The notes: a model not told the origin generated them from the sequence alone. A DNA stretch of 64,000 bases from Vulcanimicrobiota bacterium (GCA_963767635.1 CAVYEM010000001.1:81818-145817), one strand, 5' to 3'; positions 18,124 through 33,282 are shown, numbered from the stretch's first letter. A program made the numbers and translations.

Positions 18124-18936
18124 GTGGAAACAGCAGCCCAGCATCGATTCATTCGCGTCGCGCACGAAGACGACGGCGCCATCGCGACCATTACCCTGGA
18201 CCGCCCCGACAAGCGCAACGCCCTCTCGCTGGAGGTAATGCGCGAACTCATCGCCGCGTTTCGTGCCGTGGGCGACGACCCGCGAGCACGGGCCGTGATT
18301 CTGCGTGCCGAAGGCCCCGCGTTCAGCGCCGGCCATGACTTGCGCGAGCTGCAGTGCGGACCCTTGGACGACCCCGAGCGTGCCCTGCGGGACTACCGCG
18401 AAATCTTCGCCGTCTGCGTCGACCTCATGCAAACCATTCAGGCCATCCCCCAGCCCGTTATCGCCGAAGTCGCTGCGGTGGCAACCGCGGCGGGGTGCCA
18501 GCTCGTGGCGACGTGCGACCTGGCGCTGGCGGCCCCCCAGGCCAAGTTCGCCACGCCGGGCGTGCGCATCGGCTTGTTCTGCAGCACGCCCATGGTAGCA
18601 CTCACGCGTGCAATCGGCCGCAAGCGCGCCATGGAGATGCTCCTGACCGGCGATTACATCGACGCCGGCACCGCCGCCGAATGGGGGTTGATTAACCGCG
18701 TCGTTCCGGCCGAACAGCTGCACGAAGCGGCCGCAAATCTGGCACGCAAGATCGCCCAGGCGGGACGCAGCACGGTCCGGCTGGGCAAGAGCGCCTTCTA
18801 CCAACAGATCGAGATGGATCAGGCCGGAGCATACGCCTTCGCCGCGGAAGTCATGTCCCAGAACGCCCGCAGCGACGACGCGCGCGAGGGCATCGGCGCG
18901 TTCATAGAAAAACGCGCGCCCATCTGGCGCGATTGA
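18124..18936 (+). CDS. Enoyl-CoA hydratase/isomerase (crotonase family).
   Basis: ITLDRPDKRNALS...ILRAEGPAFSAGHDLRE...GGGCQL-type region (AAGCQLVATCD). The GTG at 18124 is chosen because the ORF's first start (18046) lies inside the tRNA. Confidence 0.9.
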   Translation: METAAQHRFIRVAHEDDGAIATITLDRPDKRNALSLEVMRELIAAFRAVGDDPRARAVILRAEGPAFSAGHDLRELQCGPLDDPERALRDYREIFAVCVDLMQTIQAIPQPVIAEVAAVATAAGCQLVATCDLALAAPQAKFATPGVRIGLFCSTPMVALTRAIGRKRAMEMLLTGDYIDAGTAAEWGLINRVVPAEQLHEAAANLARKIAQAGRSTVRLGKSAFYQQIEMDQAGAYAFAAEVMSQNARSDDAREGIGAFIEKRAPIWRD

Positions 18937-19120
18937 AAGACTTTTGCTATTATCGACTTCCGGCAAACCATTTCCGGCCTCGGTGCTGCATCGTGGGCAG
19001 CGGCCTGAGCGAATCGAAAAAGCGTCGCCCACACCCGGTATGCGGGCAACCGCATACGCGACGACAGTGAGGGCTCGCTCTTAGCGGGCCTTCCTGTTTT
19101 TTGCTCGAATCGGACGGCTC

Positions 19121-21206
19121 GTGAATCGTATCGACTCGCGAACGCGGTACGCTGCGGTGATACTCGCGATCGCGCTGCTCGCTTCGCTCTTCGTAGCGAT
19201 CAGCCGCGTGAAGATCGAGCAGGACACGCGCCGGGTCGAAATCGCGATGGACTACAACGACTTCCTCGCGCTCTCGCGCTCGTACAACTACAACCCCAAC
19301 GCGTTTCTCCTGCGGCTACGCCGGGCCGGGCTTACCTCGCTTGCGCTGACCGAAGAGCTGGGCGGCTCGCTGACCGGTTCGAGCAGCAAAAACGCCTACG
19401 CCGTTTCGGGCATCGCGCTGCTCAATACGGCGCGCGTTTCACCGTTGGCGCAGCCGACGCTCGCGGCTCTGGTACGCAACGGATCTGTGCGCGAGGGCTC
19501 GGTCTACCTGCTGGTCTACGACCGGCAGACGTTTGCGCGCTACCTGCAACAGCTGCCGCTGCACTTCGAGCGTTCGGGGATCGACGTGCTGCGTTCTGCA
19601 CTCGCCTTACGTTATCGCCATCCGCACGCAGATCGATTACTTCAACGCGATGGGCCTGGGGATTCCGGCCGATCAGATTCGCCTCGCTCGCAGGCTCGGA
19701 TTCTTCGTCGTACCGCGCTTTCAAAACGACGAGCGGCTGCAGGACGGACAAATCGCCTCGATGTTCTCCGATTTGCACGCGGGCAAATGGGTCTCGACGG
19801 TTATTTTCTTCGGGCTGCGCAATCAAGTGCTGGGCTTTCCCGATCATTTGCAGGATACGGCCGGCGTCTTCAACGCGCGCAAGAACATGAACTTCGGCGA
19901 GATCGAAGTGTACGATCAAAGCCAAGTGCAAAAGGGAAACGCCGCGCTGGCCAACCTCATTCCGGGCCGCACCGTGCGCGTTCAGGCGATTGGCAGAGTC
20001 GGACTCGATAAGCTCACGCTGCCGGACATCGTCGCGCGCTACGAGCTGGGCGTGCGCGAGCGCAACGTGCGCGTCGTGTATCTGCGGCCGTTCGCGCACG
20101 AGTACAACAAGCTCTCGATCGAACAGACGAACGTCGAGATGGTGCGGCAGATCGCCGCCGATCTGCGGCGTTCCGGCTTCGAACTCGGGCGCGCTTCGCC
20201 CATTCCGCTCTATCGCGGCAACGGCCGCGTGCTGATCGGGATCGCGGCGCTCGCCGTGCCGTCGCTGTTCGTGTTGCTGCTGGGCTGGTACGGCTGGTAC
20301 GGCCGCCGTGGTCCGCTGCTCGCCGCCATTGCGTATGCGGCCACGATCGGTGTCTACGCCGCCGGCATCGCGTCGCACCACGATCTGCTCGGGCGTTCGA
20401 TCATTGCGCTTACCGGCGCGCTGCTGTTCGCGGTCGCGGCGTTTACCGCGCTCGCCGGGGCGTTTTTCGAAGAACCGGCCTCCTCGACGCGGCGGCAGCT
20501 CGCGCGCAGCCTGGGCTGGACGCTGCTTGCAACGGGCGTTGCGCTGCTGGGCGCGCTGCTCGTCGTAGGCGTCATGAGTTCGCCGCTGGCGATGGAGGAA
20601 GTGGAGCCGCTGCGCGGCGTGAAGCTCATTCTCGCAGCTCCGCCGGTGCTCGCGCTGGCGCTCTATCTGTTCACCGATCGCTTCAACTCGGGCATGCGCG
20701 GAGCGCGTGAAACGCTGGTCGCGCCGATTCGCATCTATCAGTTGATTCTGGCCGCCGTCGTGCTGGGCATCGGCGCCCTCGTCTTGATGCGCAGCGGCAA
20801 TCAGAGCGACATCTCGCCCTCGCCGTTCGAACTAACCCTGCGCCATCACTTGACCGAACTGCTCAGCGTGCGCCCGCGCTTCAAAGAATTCGTCGTCGGC
20901 TTTCCGTTTCTCATGCTGCTGCCGGCGCTGCGTTGGGATCATCGGCGCAGCGTGGGCATCTTGCTCTCGCTGGCGATCGGGATCGGCATCGGCGACGTCA
21001 TCGACACGTTTTCACATCTGCATACTCCACTACTCATCTCGCTGCTGCGCGTGTTCAACGGGCTGGTCATCGGCGTCATCATCGGCGCCATCGCCGTCGC
21101 CGTCTATCGCCGCTTGATCGGCCGGCGCCAACGCCCGGATCACGGATCGTTCGGCGCATCCGCCCGTGAAACGGAATTCCTCGGCGCGCCAACCGTCGAG
21201 GTGTAG
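19121..21206 (+). CDS. Large polytopic membrane protein (DUF5693-like, linked to csaB), with a frameshift near 19604.
   Basis: ORFs 19121-20011 and 19533-21206 join at GIDVLRS / PYVIAIRTQIDYFNAMGLG. The C-terminal half has many transmembrane segments. The family name is from memory. Confidence 0.55.
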
Positions 21207-22309
21207 TGCGGCTGCTCATCTGCGGCTATTACGGGTTTGGAAATTTGGGAGACGAAGCGTTGCTGGAAGTGATCGTTTCGCAGCTCAAAACGCGCTATCC
21301 GTACGCGACGATCGACGTGCTCTCCGCAAAGCCCGACGAAACGGCGCACGAGTTGCGTGTGCTGGCAACCTCCCGCTGGGACGCGCGCGCGGTGCGCGGG
21401 GCGATCGATCGTGCCGACGTGCTGCTCTCGGGCGGAGGCGGGTTGCTGCAAAACGCGACCAGTTTGCGCAGTCTGATCTATTATGCGGGCATTATCCGTG
21501 CCGCCGGACGAGCGAATAGGAAAGCGATGATCTTCGCGCAATCCATCGGTCCGCTCGATTTTTGGGGCAAGGCGATGGTCAGAGAGTGCTGCAAACATCT
21601 CACGGCCGCCACGGTGCGCGACCGGCGTTCCGTGCGCGTGCTCGATACGCTCGTGCCGCCGGAAGTGAACGTCGAGCAGACCGCCGATCCGGTCTTTCTG
21701 TACGATGCTGCGCAAGAACCGTTCGACCTCGAACCCGAAGGCCTGGGACCGCAGAGCGATCCGTTGGTCGTGTTCAGCGTGAGAAAGGCGAGGGGCATCA
21801 CCGATCGCGTCGACGTGCTCGCGCGCGCGGCGGACCGCTTCGCGCAAGCGCACGGCGCTCGCGTAGCCTTTTTACCGCTGGGCGGCGCGGCAGATGCCGA
21901 GCTCTCGACGATGGTGATTCGCAAATGCAAGACCGCGCCCGTGCTGCTGCCCGAATATTCGCTGGCGCGCGCTGCCGCGATCATCGCGCGCGCGAAGGCG
22001 CTCGTCGGCATGCGTCTCCACGCGCTGATCCTCGCAGCACGCTACGCTGTCCCCTTTTTGGCGATTCCGTACGATCCGAAAGTCTCGGCGCTCTGCGAAG
22101 AACTCGCCTACACGCTGCCGCCGTTGTTTACGCTCGAGTCTGACGCCCGCAAGCCCGATTTCGCGCACATCGACACGCTGGTGGATCGCCTGTGGTCGGA
22201 GCGCGAGTCCCTCTCGCAGCAGCTGCGCGAGGCGGCGGAGCGCCTGAGAACGCTCGCGCTGCGCAACTTCGATGTGCTGGACCGCGTCGTGCAAGGAAAG
22301 AGCGTATGA
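21206..22309 (+). CDS. csaB: Polysaccharide pyruvyl transferase CsaB.
   Basis: MRLLICGYYGFGNLGDEALLEVI...LLSGGGGLLQNATS...IFAQSIGPL is the CsaB signature. Confidence 0.85.
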   Translation: MRLLICGYYGFGNLGDEALLEVIVSQLKTRYPYATIDVLSAKPDETAHELRVLATSRWDARAVRGAIDRADVLLSGGGGLLQNATSLRSLIYYAGIIRAAGRANRKAMIFAQSIGPLDFWGKAMVRECCKHLTAATVRDRRSVRVLDTLVPPEVNVEQTADPVFLYDAAQEPFDLEPEGLGPQSDPLVVFSVRKARGITDRVDVLARAADRFAQAHGARVAFLPLGGAADAELSTMVIRKCKTAPVLLPEYSLARAAAIIARAKALVGMRLHALILAARYAVPFLAIPYDPKVSALCEELAYTLPPLFTLESDARKPDFAHIDTLVDRLWSERESLSQQLREAAERLRTLALRNFDVLDRVVQGKSV

Positions 22310-25070
22310 GCGATACCACCGCGCAGCGCGACTATCGCGAGACGTTGAATTTACCCAAAACTGCGTTTCCGATGAAAGCGGATCTGCCCAAACGCGAACC
22401 CGAACGCGTGGCGTGGTGGCGCGAGCAGCGGGTCTACGAGCGGCGCTTGGAGCGCAACGGCGGGCACGCTCCGTGGATTTTGCACGACGGGCCGCCCTAT
22501 GCCAACGGTCAGCTGCACATGGGTCATTTCTTGAACATGGTGCTCAAAGACGTGTTCGTGAAAATCGCGCTGCTCGAAGGGAAATGGGCGGAGTTCGTGC
22601 CGGGCTGGGATATGCACGGCTTGCCGATCGAGCTCGAAACGCTCAAGCACTTGAAGATCAAGGACTTCCACGAAATCGATCCGCTCGAACTGCGTGCCAA
22701 GTGCAAGGAGCGCGCGCTGCACTGGCTGGGCGAGCAGCGCGCAACGCGCACGCGCATGGGGAACTTCGGACAGTGGGATCGGCCGTACCGAACGATCGAC
22801 CCGGAGTTCGAAGCCACGATCGTCGAAGCGCTGGCGGATCTCGCGCAGAACGAGCAAATCTACAAGGGCCTGCGTTCCACGCTCTGGTGCATCCACGATG
22901 AAACGGCGCTCGCCGAAGCCGAGATCGAATACAAAGAAAAAATCTCCCCCTCGATCGTCGTGCGCTTTACCGCGACGCCGGCACAGCAGCGCGAGCTGCT
23001 GCGGCGCTTCGGCGTTTCTGATCCCGAGCTGCAGCGCGTCTCGGTGCTGATTTGGACGACGACGCCGTGGACGCTCCCCGCGAACGTCGCGATCGCGCTC
23101 AAGCCCGACGCCGCGTACGGCTTGTACCGGCACGGCACGGAAGCGTTGATCGTGGCGCAACCACTTGCTTCGCACACGCTCGGCGAGCATTTCGGACAGA
23201 TGCGCGAGCTCGGCGTGCGCAGCGGCGCGAGTTTGGACGGCGCGGCCGTGCAGCATCCGTTCTTCGATCGCGAGTCGCGGCTGGTGCTCGCCGACTACGT
23301 CGATCTGGAAACCGGCACGGGCGCGGTGCACACGGCTCCCGGACACGGCGCCGACGATTTTGAAACGGGCTTGAAGAACAACTTGCCGATTATCGGCCCG
23401 GTAGACGAGCGCGGCATCTTTACCGCGCAAGCCGGCCCGTATGCGGGCATGCACATTTGGAAAGCGAATCCACAGATCGTTGCGGACTTGCGCGCGAGCG
23501 GCGCGCTGTGGACCGCGTCGGAATACACGCACAGTTACCCGCACTGCTGGCGCTGTCACAATCCGGTAATTTTCCGTGCCACGGCGCAGTGGTTCATTGC
23601 GATGGATCAAAACCGTCTGCGCAAGCGCTGCTTGGACAACATTCGGGACGTCGCATTTACGCCGCAGTGGGGCCAAAACCGCATGGCGCAGATGCTCGAG
23701 AACCATCCGGAGTGGTGCATCTCGCGCCAGCGCACGTGGGGCACGCCGATCCCGGCGGTGCGCTGCACGCAGTGCGGAGAGCCGATGCTCGATCCGCGCG
23801 TCGCGCGCAACGCCGCAAAAATTTTTCGCGAGCGGGGCGCCGACACGTGGTGGAGCGAACCCGTGGAGACGTTTTTGCCGCAAGGCCTGCGCTGCCGAGC
23901 GTGCGGCGAGGCGTCGTTTGAAAAAGAGCGCAACATCGTCGACATCTGGTTTGAATCCGGCGTCACGCATCTGGCGGTGCTGGGCAAGAACGGCATTCCG
24001 TGGCCTGCCGATCTGGTGCTGGAAGGCGGCGATCAGTACCGCGGTTGGTTTCGCAGTTCGCTCGTTACCGCAACGGCGATCAAAGGCGGCGCGCCGTACA
24101 AACACGTCGTCAAAAACGGCTGGGTGAACGACGAGCACGGCCGCCCGATGAGCAAGTCGCTGGGAACGGGCATCGATGCCAAGGACGCGATGCAGAAATG
24201 GGGCGCCGACGTGTTGCGCTTGTGGGCCGCGTCCGTCGAGTTCATCGACGATGTGCGCTTCGGCCCAACCGTGATCGATCAAGTCGGCCGCGTGTACCGG
24301 AACATTCGCAATCGCGTGCGCTTCATGCTCAGCAATCTGGACGACTTGCCGGCGCGCGACCTCGTGCCGCCGGATCGCATGGCGTGGATCGATCGCCTTG
24401 CGTGCGAGGCGTGCGATCGCTGGGTGGCCCGCGTGCACGATCTGCTCAAAGACTACCGGCTCCACGACGCCTACTTGGAAATCGTGCGGTTCGAAGGCGA
24501 AGACTTGTCGAGCTTTTATCTCGACGCGCTCAAGGACCGGCTCTATTCCAGCGCGGCGCAGTCGTCGCGCCGGCGCAGCGCGCAAAGCGCGATTCTGCAC
24601 ATCTTGACGCAGTTTTTGACCGTCGTCGCGCCGCTGCTCTCGTTCACCGCCGAAGAGGCGTGGCAGTCGCTATCCGCGGCGCTGCGCGGCGAGAACGCGA
24701 GCGTGTTCGATCTCACGCTGGGCGCGCGCAAACACCGCGATCCCGAGCCGCCCGCAACGTGGGAAAAACTGAAGGAGCTGCGCGCATGGGTCGCGGCCAG
24801 CGAGGGCAAGCGCGACTACGAACTGCAGGCGCACTTGGCGCTGCCGCCCGTGTGGTGCGATCGGTTTGCACCACATCTCGACGACGTGCGCGAAGCGCTG
24901 GTGGTATCGGCTCTCACGCTGGAACCGGATGCGTCGCTCGGCGAGCGCGACACGCGTGGTTCGCTCGCACCTGCGGACGGTGCGAAGTGCAGGCGATGCT
25001 GGAAATTTCTGCTGCTCGGCAGCGATCCAGAGCATCCGGCACTGTGCGCCCCCTGCGCCGCAATCGTGGG

Positions 25071-25074
<4 letters not shown>
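22306..25074 (+). CDS. ileS: Isoleucine--tRNA ligase.
   Basis: PPYANGQLHMGH (HIGH) and a KMSKS variant (RPMSKSLG), with zinc-finger cysteines at the C-terminus. The ATG at 22306 overlaps the csaB stop (ATGA). Confidence 0.97.
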
Positions 25075-27322
<2,248 letters not shown>

Positions 27323-27345
<23 letters not shown>

Positions 27346-27841
27346 GGCTTGCTAGAATGAGCAAAATGACGCCGGTCGTAATGCACGCATCCGCTACGTT
27401 GAAAATGTTAGGCCAAATGCGGTAGAAGTCCACGAAATCCACGACGTAGCGCAAGTGCACGCGATCGACGATGTTGCCGATGGCGCCGCCCAGAATCATG
27501 CCGAAGGCCACGCGCACGACCGGCGATTTCTGCGCCTGGTCGCGAAACGAAAACCAAAACACGAGCAGCACCAGCAGCGCCATGCCGATGAGCAATGCCG
27601 GCGAAGAGCCGAACATGCCGAACGCGCCGTGCTCGTTCTGCTCGTACGTCCAGCGCAGCAGATGCGGAATGACCAGCCGGCTCTCGCCGGGCAGAAAGTG
27701 CGTCGCGATCGCGCGCTTCGTCAGCTGATCCAGCGCGACGACAATCGCCGCGACGCCGAAGAGCTGCGCGGTCTCAAAGCTTCGGCTGCGGGACAAACTG
27801 ATAGAACCAGCCGGCGATTCGTAGGAACGAGTTGGTGGCAA
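27323..27841 (-). CDS. lspA: Lipoprotein signal peptidase II.
   Basis: NEHGAFGMF, LGGAIGNIVDR, VVDFVDF and FNVADACI. The start may be downstream of 27841, because that start overlaps ccdA. Confidence 0.9.
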
Positions 27842-28514
27842 GAACGACTCCCGTGGCGATCATGAAGGCTCCCGCGGCCATTTCGAGGGCCGGCATGAAG
27901 CGCTTGATGCGGTTGAGCGCAGGCAGTATTGCGCCCACGGCCAGCGCGGTTACGAAGAACGGCACCGCCAAACCCATGGAATAGACGAAGAGCAGCCACG
28001 CTCCCTGCTTGACGCCCTGTTCTTGTGAAGCGAGCGTCAGAATGCCGGCCAGAATCGGGCCGATGCAGGGCGACCATCCGGCCGCAAACGCCAGGCCGAC
28101 GATCACCGACGCAACCACCGTGCGGCGTTCGCTGTGCACCTGCAGGCGCGTGTCGCGCGCGAGCACGCGCATGCGCAAAACGCCGATCATCTGCAACCCC
28201 AGCACGATGACGACGACGCCGCCGATGCGGGCGATCAGGACTTGGTTCTCGCGCAGCGCGCCGCCGATGGCGCTCGCCGAAGCGCCCAGCGCGACGAACA
28301 CGATCGTGAAGCCGAAAATGAAGGCCAGCGCGTGCGCAAGCGTACGGGCGCGCGCGTCGGCGCCCGCGTTTTCGCGCAGCTCGTCTACGGTCGATCCCGT
28401 CAAGAAGGAAAGATATGCCGGCACCAGCGGGAGGACGCACGGTGAAACAAATGAAACGAGCCCGGCCAGGAAGGCGATTCCGACAGTCAAATGCGTGGTG
28501 CCCACACCGCTCAT
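27774..28514 (-). CDS. ccdA: Cytochrome c biogenesis / thiol-disulfide transporter CcdA (DsbD family).
   Basis: FLAGLVSFVSPCVLPLVPAYLSFL and a second SPCIGPIL motif. Confidence 0.85.
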   Translation of the reverse strand: MSGVGTTHLTVGIAFLAGLVSFVSPCVLPLVPAYLSFLTGSTVDELRENAGADARARTLAHALAFIFGFTIVFVALGASASAIGGALRENQVLIARIGGVVVIVLGLQMIGVLRMRVLARDTRLQVHSERRTVVASVIVGLAFAAGWSPCIGPILAGILTLASQEQGVKQGAWLLFVYSMGLAVPFFVTALAVGAILPALNRIKRFMPALEMAAGAFMIATGVVLATNSFLRIAGWFYQFVPQPKL

Positions 28515-28570
28515 TTAGACTTTGCCGTTGGTCATCCTCGAAGGGCCGTAGAAGGGCACACTAGCGCCGC

Positions 28571-29398
28571 ATGCATCATTGGTTCGTCTACCCGAACATC
28601 AACCCGATCGCGATCCATGCCGGGCCGATCAACATCCATTGGTACGGCATTTCTTACTTGGTCGGGTTTATCGCCGTGTATTTGTGGATGAGCCGGCCGC
28701 AGGGGCGCCTGCGCTTGGGCCTCACGCGCGAGCAAATTCAAGATTTTTTGGTGTACGCGCTCGTGGGCGTGCTGGTCGGCGGCCGCACGTTCTTCGTGAT
28801 CAACGACATCATCAGCAAACACGATCTCTCGATGTACGCGACGAATCCGCTCGACATCGTCGCGGTGTGGAACGGCGGCATGGCGTTTCACGGTGGCCTG
28901 GTCGGCGTGATCGTCGCGATCTTGTTGTTCCTGCGCAAGCATCCCGGCCTGACGTATCGCATGCTCGGAGACGAGGTCGTCGTGCTGCTTCCGGTCGGCA
29001 TTACGCTCACCCGATTGGTCAATTTCATCAACGACGAGCTCTGGGGAGACGTGTGCATCCCGGATCACCCGTGGTGCATCATTCCCGGCAATACCGCGGA
29101 CTGGGGCACCAGCTACCGGCATCCATCGCAATTGTACGAAGCGATTCTCGACGCGATCACGCTCCCAATCGTGCTGTTCATCTACAAGCGGCGGCCGCCG
29201 GACGGCGTGGTGGGCTGGAGCTGGTTTACGATCTACGGCATTACGCGATCGGTTGCGGAATCGTGGCGGCATGCCGACTTCATGTGGCACGGCATCACCG
29301 GGGGCCAATTGTATGCGCTGCCGATGATCCCGATTGGGCTTGTAGGACTGCTTGCCTGCTGGCGGCGGCATCAGCGGACCGAAGCTCGCGTCGCGTGA
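28571..29398 (+). CDS. lgt: Prolipoprotein diacylglyceryl transferase.
   Basis: IHWYGISYLVGF...VWNGGMAFHGGLVG...HPSQLYEA. Confidence 0.95.
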   Translation: MHHWFVYPNINPIAIHAGPINIHWYGISYLVGFIAVYLWMSRPQGRLRLGLTREQIQDFLVYALVGVLVGGRTFFVINDIISKHDLSMYATNPLDIVAVWNGGMAFHGGLVGVIVAILLFLRKHPGLTYRMLGDEVVVLLPVGITLTRLVNFINDELWGDVCIPDHPWCIIPGNTADWGTSYRHPSQLYEAILDAITLPIVLFIYKRRPPDGVVGWSWFTIYGITRSVAESWRHADFMWHGITGGQLYALPMIPIGLVGLLACWRRHQRTEARVA

Positions 29399-30055
29399 GC
29401 ATCGCCGAGCGCTACGCCCGGTTGCGTGCAGAAGTGCCGCCCGGCGTGATGATTGTCGCGGTCTCCAAGTTGCAGCCGGCGCAGGCCGTGCGTGAAGCGA
29501 TCGACGCGGGTGTGGAAAACATCGCCGAAAATTACTTGCAGGAAGCGCGCAAAAAGTTTCAAGCGCTGCAGCTGGGCAACGGCGCGCGCAAGCATTTCGT
29601 CGGCCACGTGCAGACGAACAAAGCCAAGGCGATCGCGACGCTGTTCGATCTCGTGCAGAGCGTCGACCGGCCCGAAGCCGGCGCCGCGTTGGCCAAAGCG
29701 GCCGGCGCGCTGGGCAAGCAATTGCCGGTGCTGCTGCAGATCAACATCTCGCCGACCGAGCGCTACGGATGTCCGCCGCCGCAGGCGCAGCGTCTGAGCT
29801 GAACAGCTGCGATCCTATTCGACTCTGCGGCTCGACGGAGTGATGGCCATCGGACCGATGACCGCAGATCGCGCCGCCATCGCGCACGCCTTCGCGCTCG
29901 CTGCTGCCGTGTGGCGCAACGTGGGCGGTCCCGTGCTTTCCATCGGGATGTCCGACGACTGGCGCGAGGCGGTTGAGGCAGGGTCGACGATGATTCGGCT
30001 GGGAACGAGCCTCTTCGGACCAAGACCCGGGCGCCCGGTGTCGAAGAACGCATGA
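29395..30055 (+). CDS. yggS: YggS-family pyridoxal-phosphate homeostasis protein, with a frameshift near 29797.
   Basis: VAVSKLQPAQAVREAIDAGVENIAENYLQEA...HFVGHVQTNKAK is followed, after the shift, by AEQLRSYSTLRLDGVMAIGP...LSIGMSDDW...GSTMIRLGTSLFG. There is a GTGA overlap with lgt. Confidence 0.85.
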
Positions 30056-30116
30056 ATCTCTCTCACTGTTGACACGCCGCCGAGCTTGGACGGGTGTCAT
30101 CGTGAGGTACGAGGCT

Positions 30117-30533
30117 ATGAGCATGTTCAGCAAAATCGGATCGTTCTTTTCGATGAACGACACGGAAGAAGACCTGTACGAAGAGGAACCCACGGGAACG
30201 CGGACCGTCGTTCCCTTCAGCAACGCGACGCGCCGCGGCGGAACCGAAGTAAGCGTGTACGCGCCGCGCGCATTTTCGGATGTCACGGAAATTGCCGACG
30301 CTTTGCGCAGCCGGCAAGTCGTGATCGTAAATCTGCAGAACGCGGATCGAACGCTGCTGCAGCGCGTGGTGGATTTTACGTCCGGCGTCGCGTACACGAT
30401 CGACGGAAGGATTCAAAAGCTGGCGGAGTCGATGTACTTGATCGTCCCCGCCGGAATCGTGGTGAACGCGCAAGGTCTGCGCGACACCATGCTGGCGGAC
30501 GGTTCGTTAGACTTTCTTTCCAACCGGGGCTAG
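30117..30533 (+). CDS. sepF: Cell division protein SepF.
   Basis: VYAPRAFSDVTEIADALRSRQVVIVNLQNADRTLLQRVVDFTSGVAYTIDG. Confidence 0.9.
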   Translation: MSMFSKIGSFFSMNDTEEDLYEEEPTGTRTVVPFSNATRRGGTEVSVYAPRAFSDVTEIADALRSRQVVIVNLQNADRTLLQRVVDFTSGVAYTIDGRIQKLAESMYLIVPAGIVVNAQGLRDTMLADGSLDFLSNRG

Positions 30534-30575
30534 CGCCCCGAGCGCGCAAAAACGGACTTCGGTACGAGGAGCGAT

Positions 30576-31125
30576 ATGCAAAAAGTTGCGCCGATAGACA
30601 TTCAGCACAGATCCTTCAAAAAAGCCTTGCAAGGCTACGATCGCGCGGAAGTCGATCAGTTTCTCGACGAGATCATCGAAACGCTTGAAGACGACGCGCA
30701 GCAAGCTGCCGCGCTGCAGGCGGAAGTCAACGATCTCAAGGAGCGAATCAGTCACTTCAAAGCGATGGAAGAATCGCTGCAGAATACGCTGGTGCTCGCG
30801 CAGCGCACGGCGGACGAAGTCAAGGCGTCGGCGCACAAAGAAGCGGACCTCATCAAAGAACAGGCCCGCATCGCCGCCGAACGCGAGATTGCGACGTTTA
30901 CCGATTCGGCTGCGGAAGCCCGGCGCGAGCACCAGCGGGCGAACGAAGTCTGCGGAAAAGGCGCGCAGCGAACTGCGCAGTCTGCTCACCACGCATCTTG
31001 CGCTGCTGGAACGCACGACGAGCAACGGCGCCGCGCACCGGGACGCGCCGCCGCAGACGGCAACCCCCGAATCGGAGCAGCAGGCTGACCCGATAGTGGA
31101 AACTCAGCGCATCACCGTGTATTAG
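30576..31125 (+). CDS. divIVA: DivIVA-domain protein, with a frameshift near 30947.
   Basis: IDIQHRSFKKALQGYDRAEVDQFLDEI is the DivIVA N-domain. The C-terminus continues in the frame of ORF 30685-31125 (SAEKARSELRSLLTTHLALLE). Confidence 0.8.
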
Positions 31126-31137
31126 CGGGAGCCCGTA

Positions 31138-32211
<1,074 letters not shown>

Positions 32212-32238
32212 CGAAACTGGGTCGCGCGGGGAACATCG

Positions 32239-32632
32239 TCACACGCGCGTGGAATCGCCGGTTACTTCGGTCCCGTAGTAGTCGCGCAGACTGAGCCGCA
32301 AAGTGGCGTGCCGGTGCGGATGAGCGGCCGTCCAAATACGCTTCCACTGCGCGAGCGTCTGTGCGCGGAGCGCGATCTTCGCTGTCTTCGTCCATCGAAT
32401 TCAAATTGTCGACGTCGACGTAGACGATCAGCATCGTGCCTTTCACGTCGGTTCCCATCACGACGTCTTTGTAGCGGCGTTTCAGGCTCAGCGCATCGAC
32501 GGCGTGCTGTTCCCGCGCGGTGAGCGAATCGGTCGAGTTCGCCGGCCGGGACGCCGGACCGGAACAGCCCGCTGCGAAAAGCAACGCGAGCGCCATTGCA
32601 GCGGCAACCACCGCGTTGCGCGAGATCGACAT
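32239..32632 (-). CDS. Hypothetical lipoprotein, with a frameshift near 32378.
   Basis: Signal peptide with lipobox LLFAAGC. After ..NSMDEDSE the sensible continuation IALRAQTLAQWKRIWTAAHPHRHATLRLSLRDYYGTEVTGDSTRV* is in another frame and ends at 32239. Confidence 0.5.
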
Positions 32633-32676
32633 ACGCCGGTCAACGTTCGGTCACAAGCGGCCGCTATCATGCGCGC

Positions 32677-33282
32677 ATGGATGGAATCGGATGGGCTGCC
32701 GGCGCGATGTCGGCAGCGCGAACGCGGCTGGACGTCGCGGCAAACAATCTCGCCAACGGCTCGACGGACGGCTTTCGCAAACGGACGCTTCGCGGCACGT
32801 TGACGCGCTTTGGAATCTCTATGCAGGCGGACGTTGATGCGACGCAAGGCCCGCTGCGCCGCACTGGGCGCGCGTTCGATCTAGCGATCGTCGGTGCGGG
32901 CGCATTTCGCCTTCGAGGTGCCGGCGCAAGCATAGAGAGTACGCGCAACGGTGCGTTCGTGCGCGATCGGTTCTACCGGCTCGTCGATGCGGCGGGACGC
33001 GTGGTGATGGGAGCACGCGGACCGCTGTGCGTTCCCGACGGCGCGACGATCGATGCAACGGGAGCGGTGAGACGAAACGGCGAGGTGCTCAATCGCATCG
33101 ACCTGCCCAAAGGCTCGGCGATCCGCAGCGGATTCTTGGAGAGTTCCAACGTCGACGCGATCGGCGAGATGATCGACGTTCTAACCGCACAGCGATCGTT
33201 CGAAACGGCGCAGAAGGTGCTGTCCGCGATCGATCAAACGCGCGAACGCGCCGCGACGCAAGTGGCGGAGCTCAAATCGTGA
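32677..33282 (+). CDS. flgF: Flagellar basal-body rod protein (FlgF-like).
   Basis: N-terminal LDVAANNLANGSTDGFRK and C-terminal LESSNVDAIGEMIDVLTAQRSFETAQKVL are rod-protein signatures. Confidence 0.8.
   Translation: MDGIGWAAGAMSAARTRLDVAANNLANGSTDGFRKRTLRGTLTRFGISMQADVDATQGPLRRTGRAFDLAIVGAGAFRLRGAGASIESTRNGAFVRDRFYRLVDAAGRVVMGARGPLCVPDGATIDATGAVRRNGEVLNRIDLPKGSAIRSGFLESSNVDAIGEMIDVLTAQRSFETAQKVLSAIDQTRERAATQVAELKS

Noticed and set aside
19037-19058. An 8-bp perfect hairpin with a GCAA (GNRA) tetraloop after the enoyl-CoA hydratase gene.
   Set aside because: It is not followed by a U-tract, so it is not a clear intrinsic terminator. It lies 100 nt from the stop codon. No function could be assigned.
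22351-24600. A 749-aa ORF on the minus strand, opposite ileS.
   Set aside because: It is Arg/Ala/Pro-rich and low in complexity. It lies entirely antisense to a gene with unmistakable IleRS motifs. It is a typical shadow ORF of high-GC DNA.
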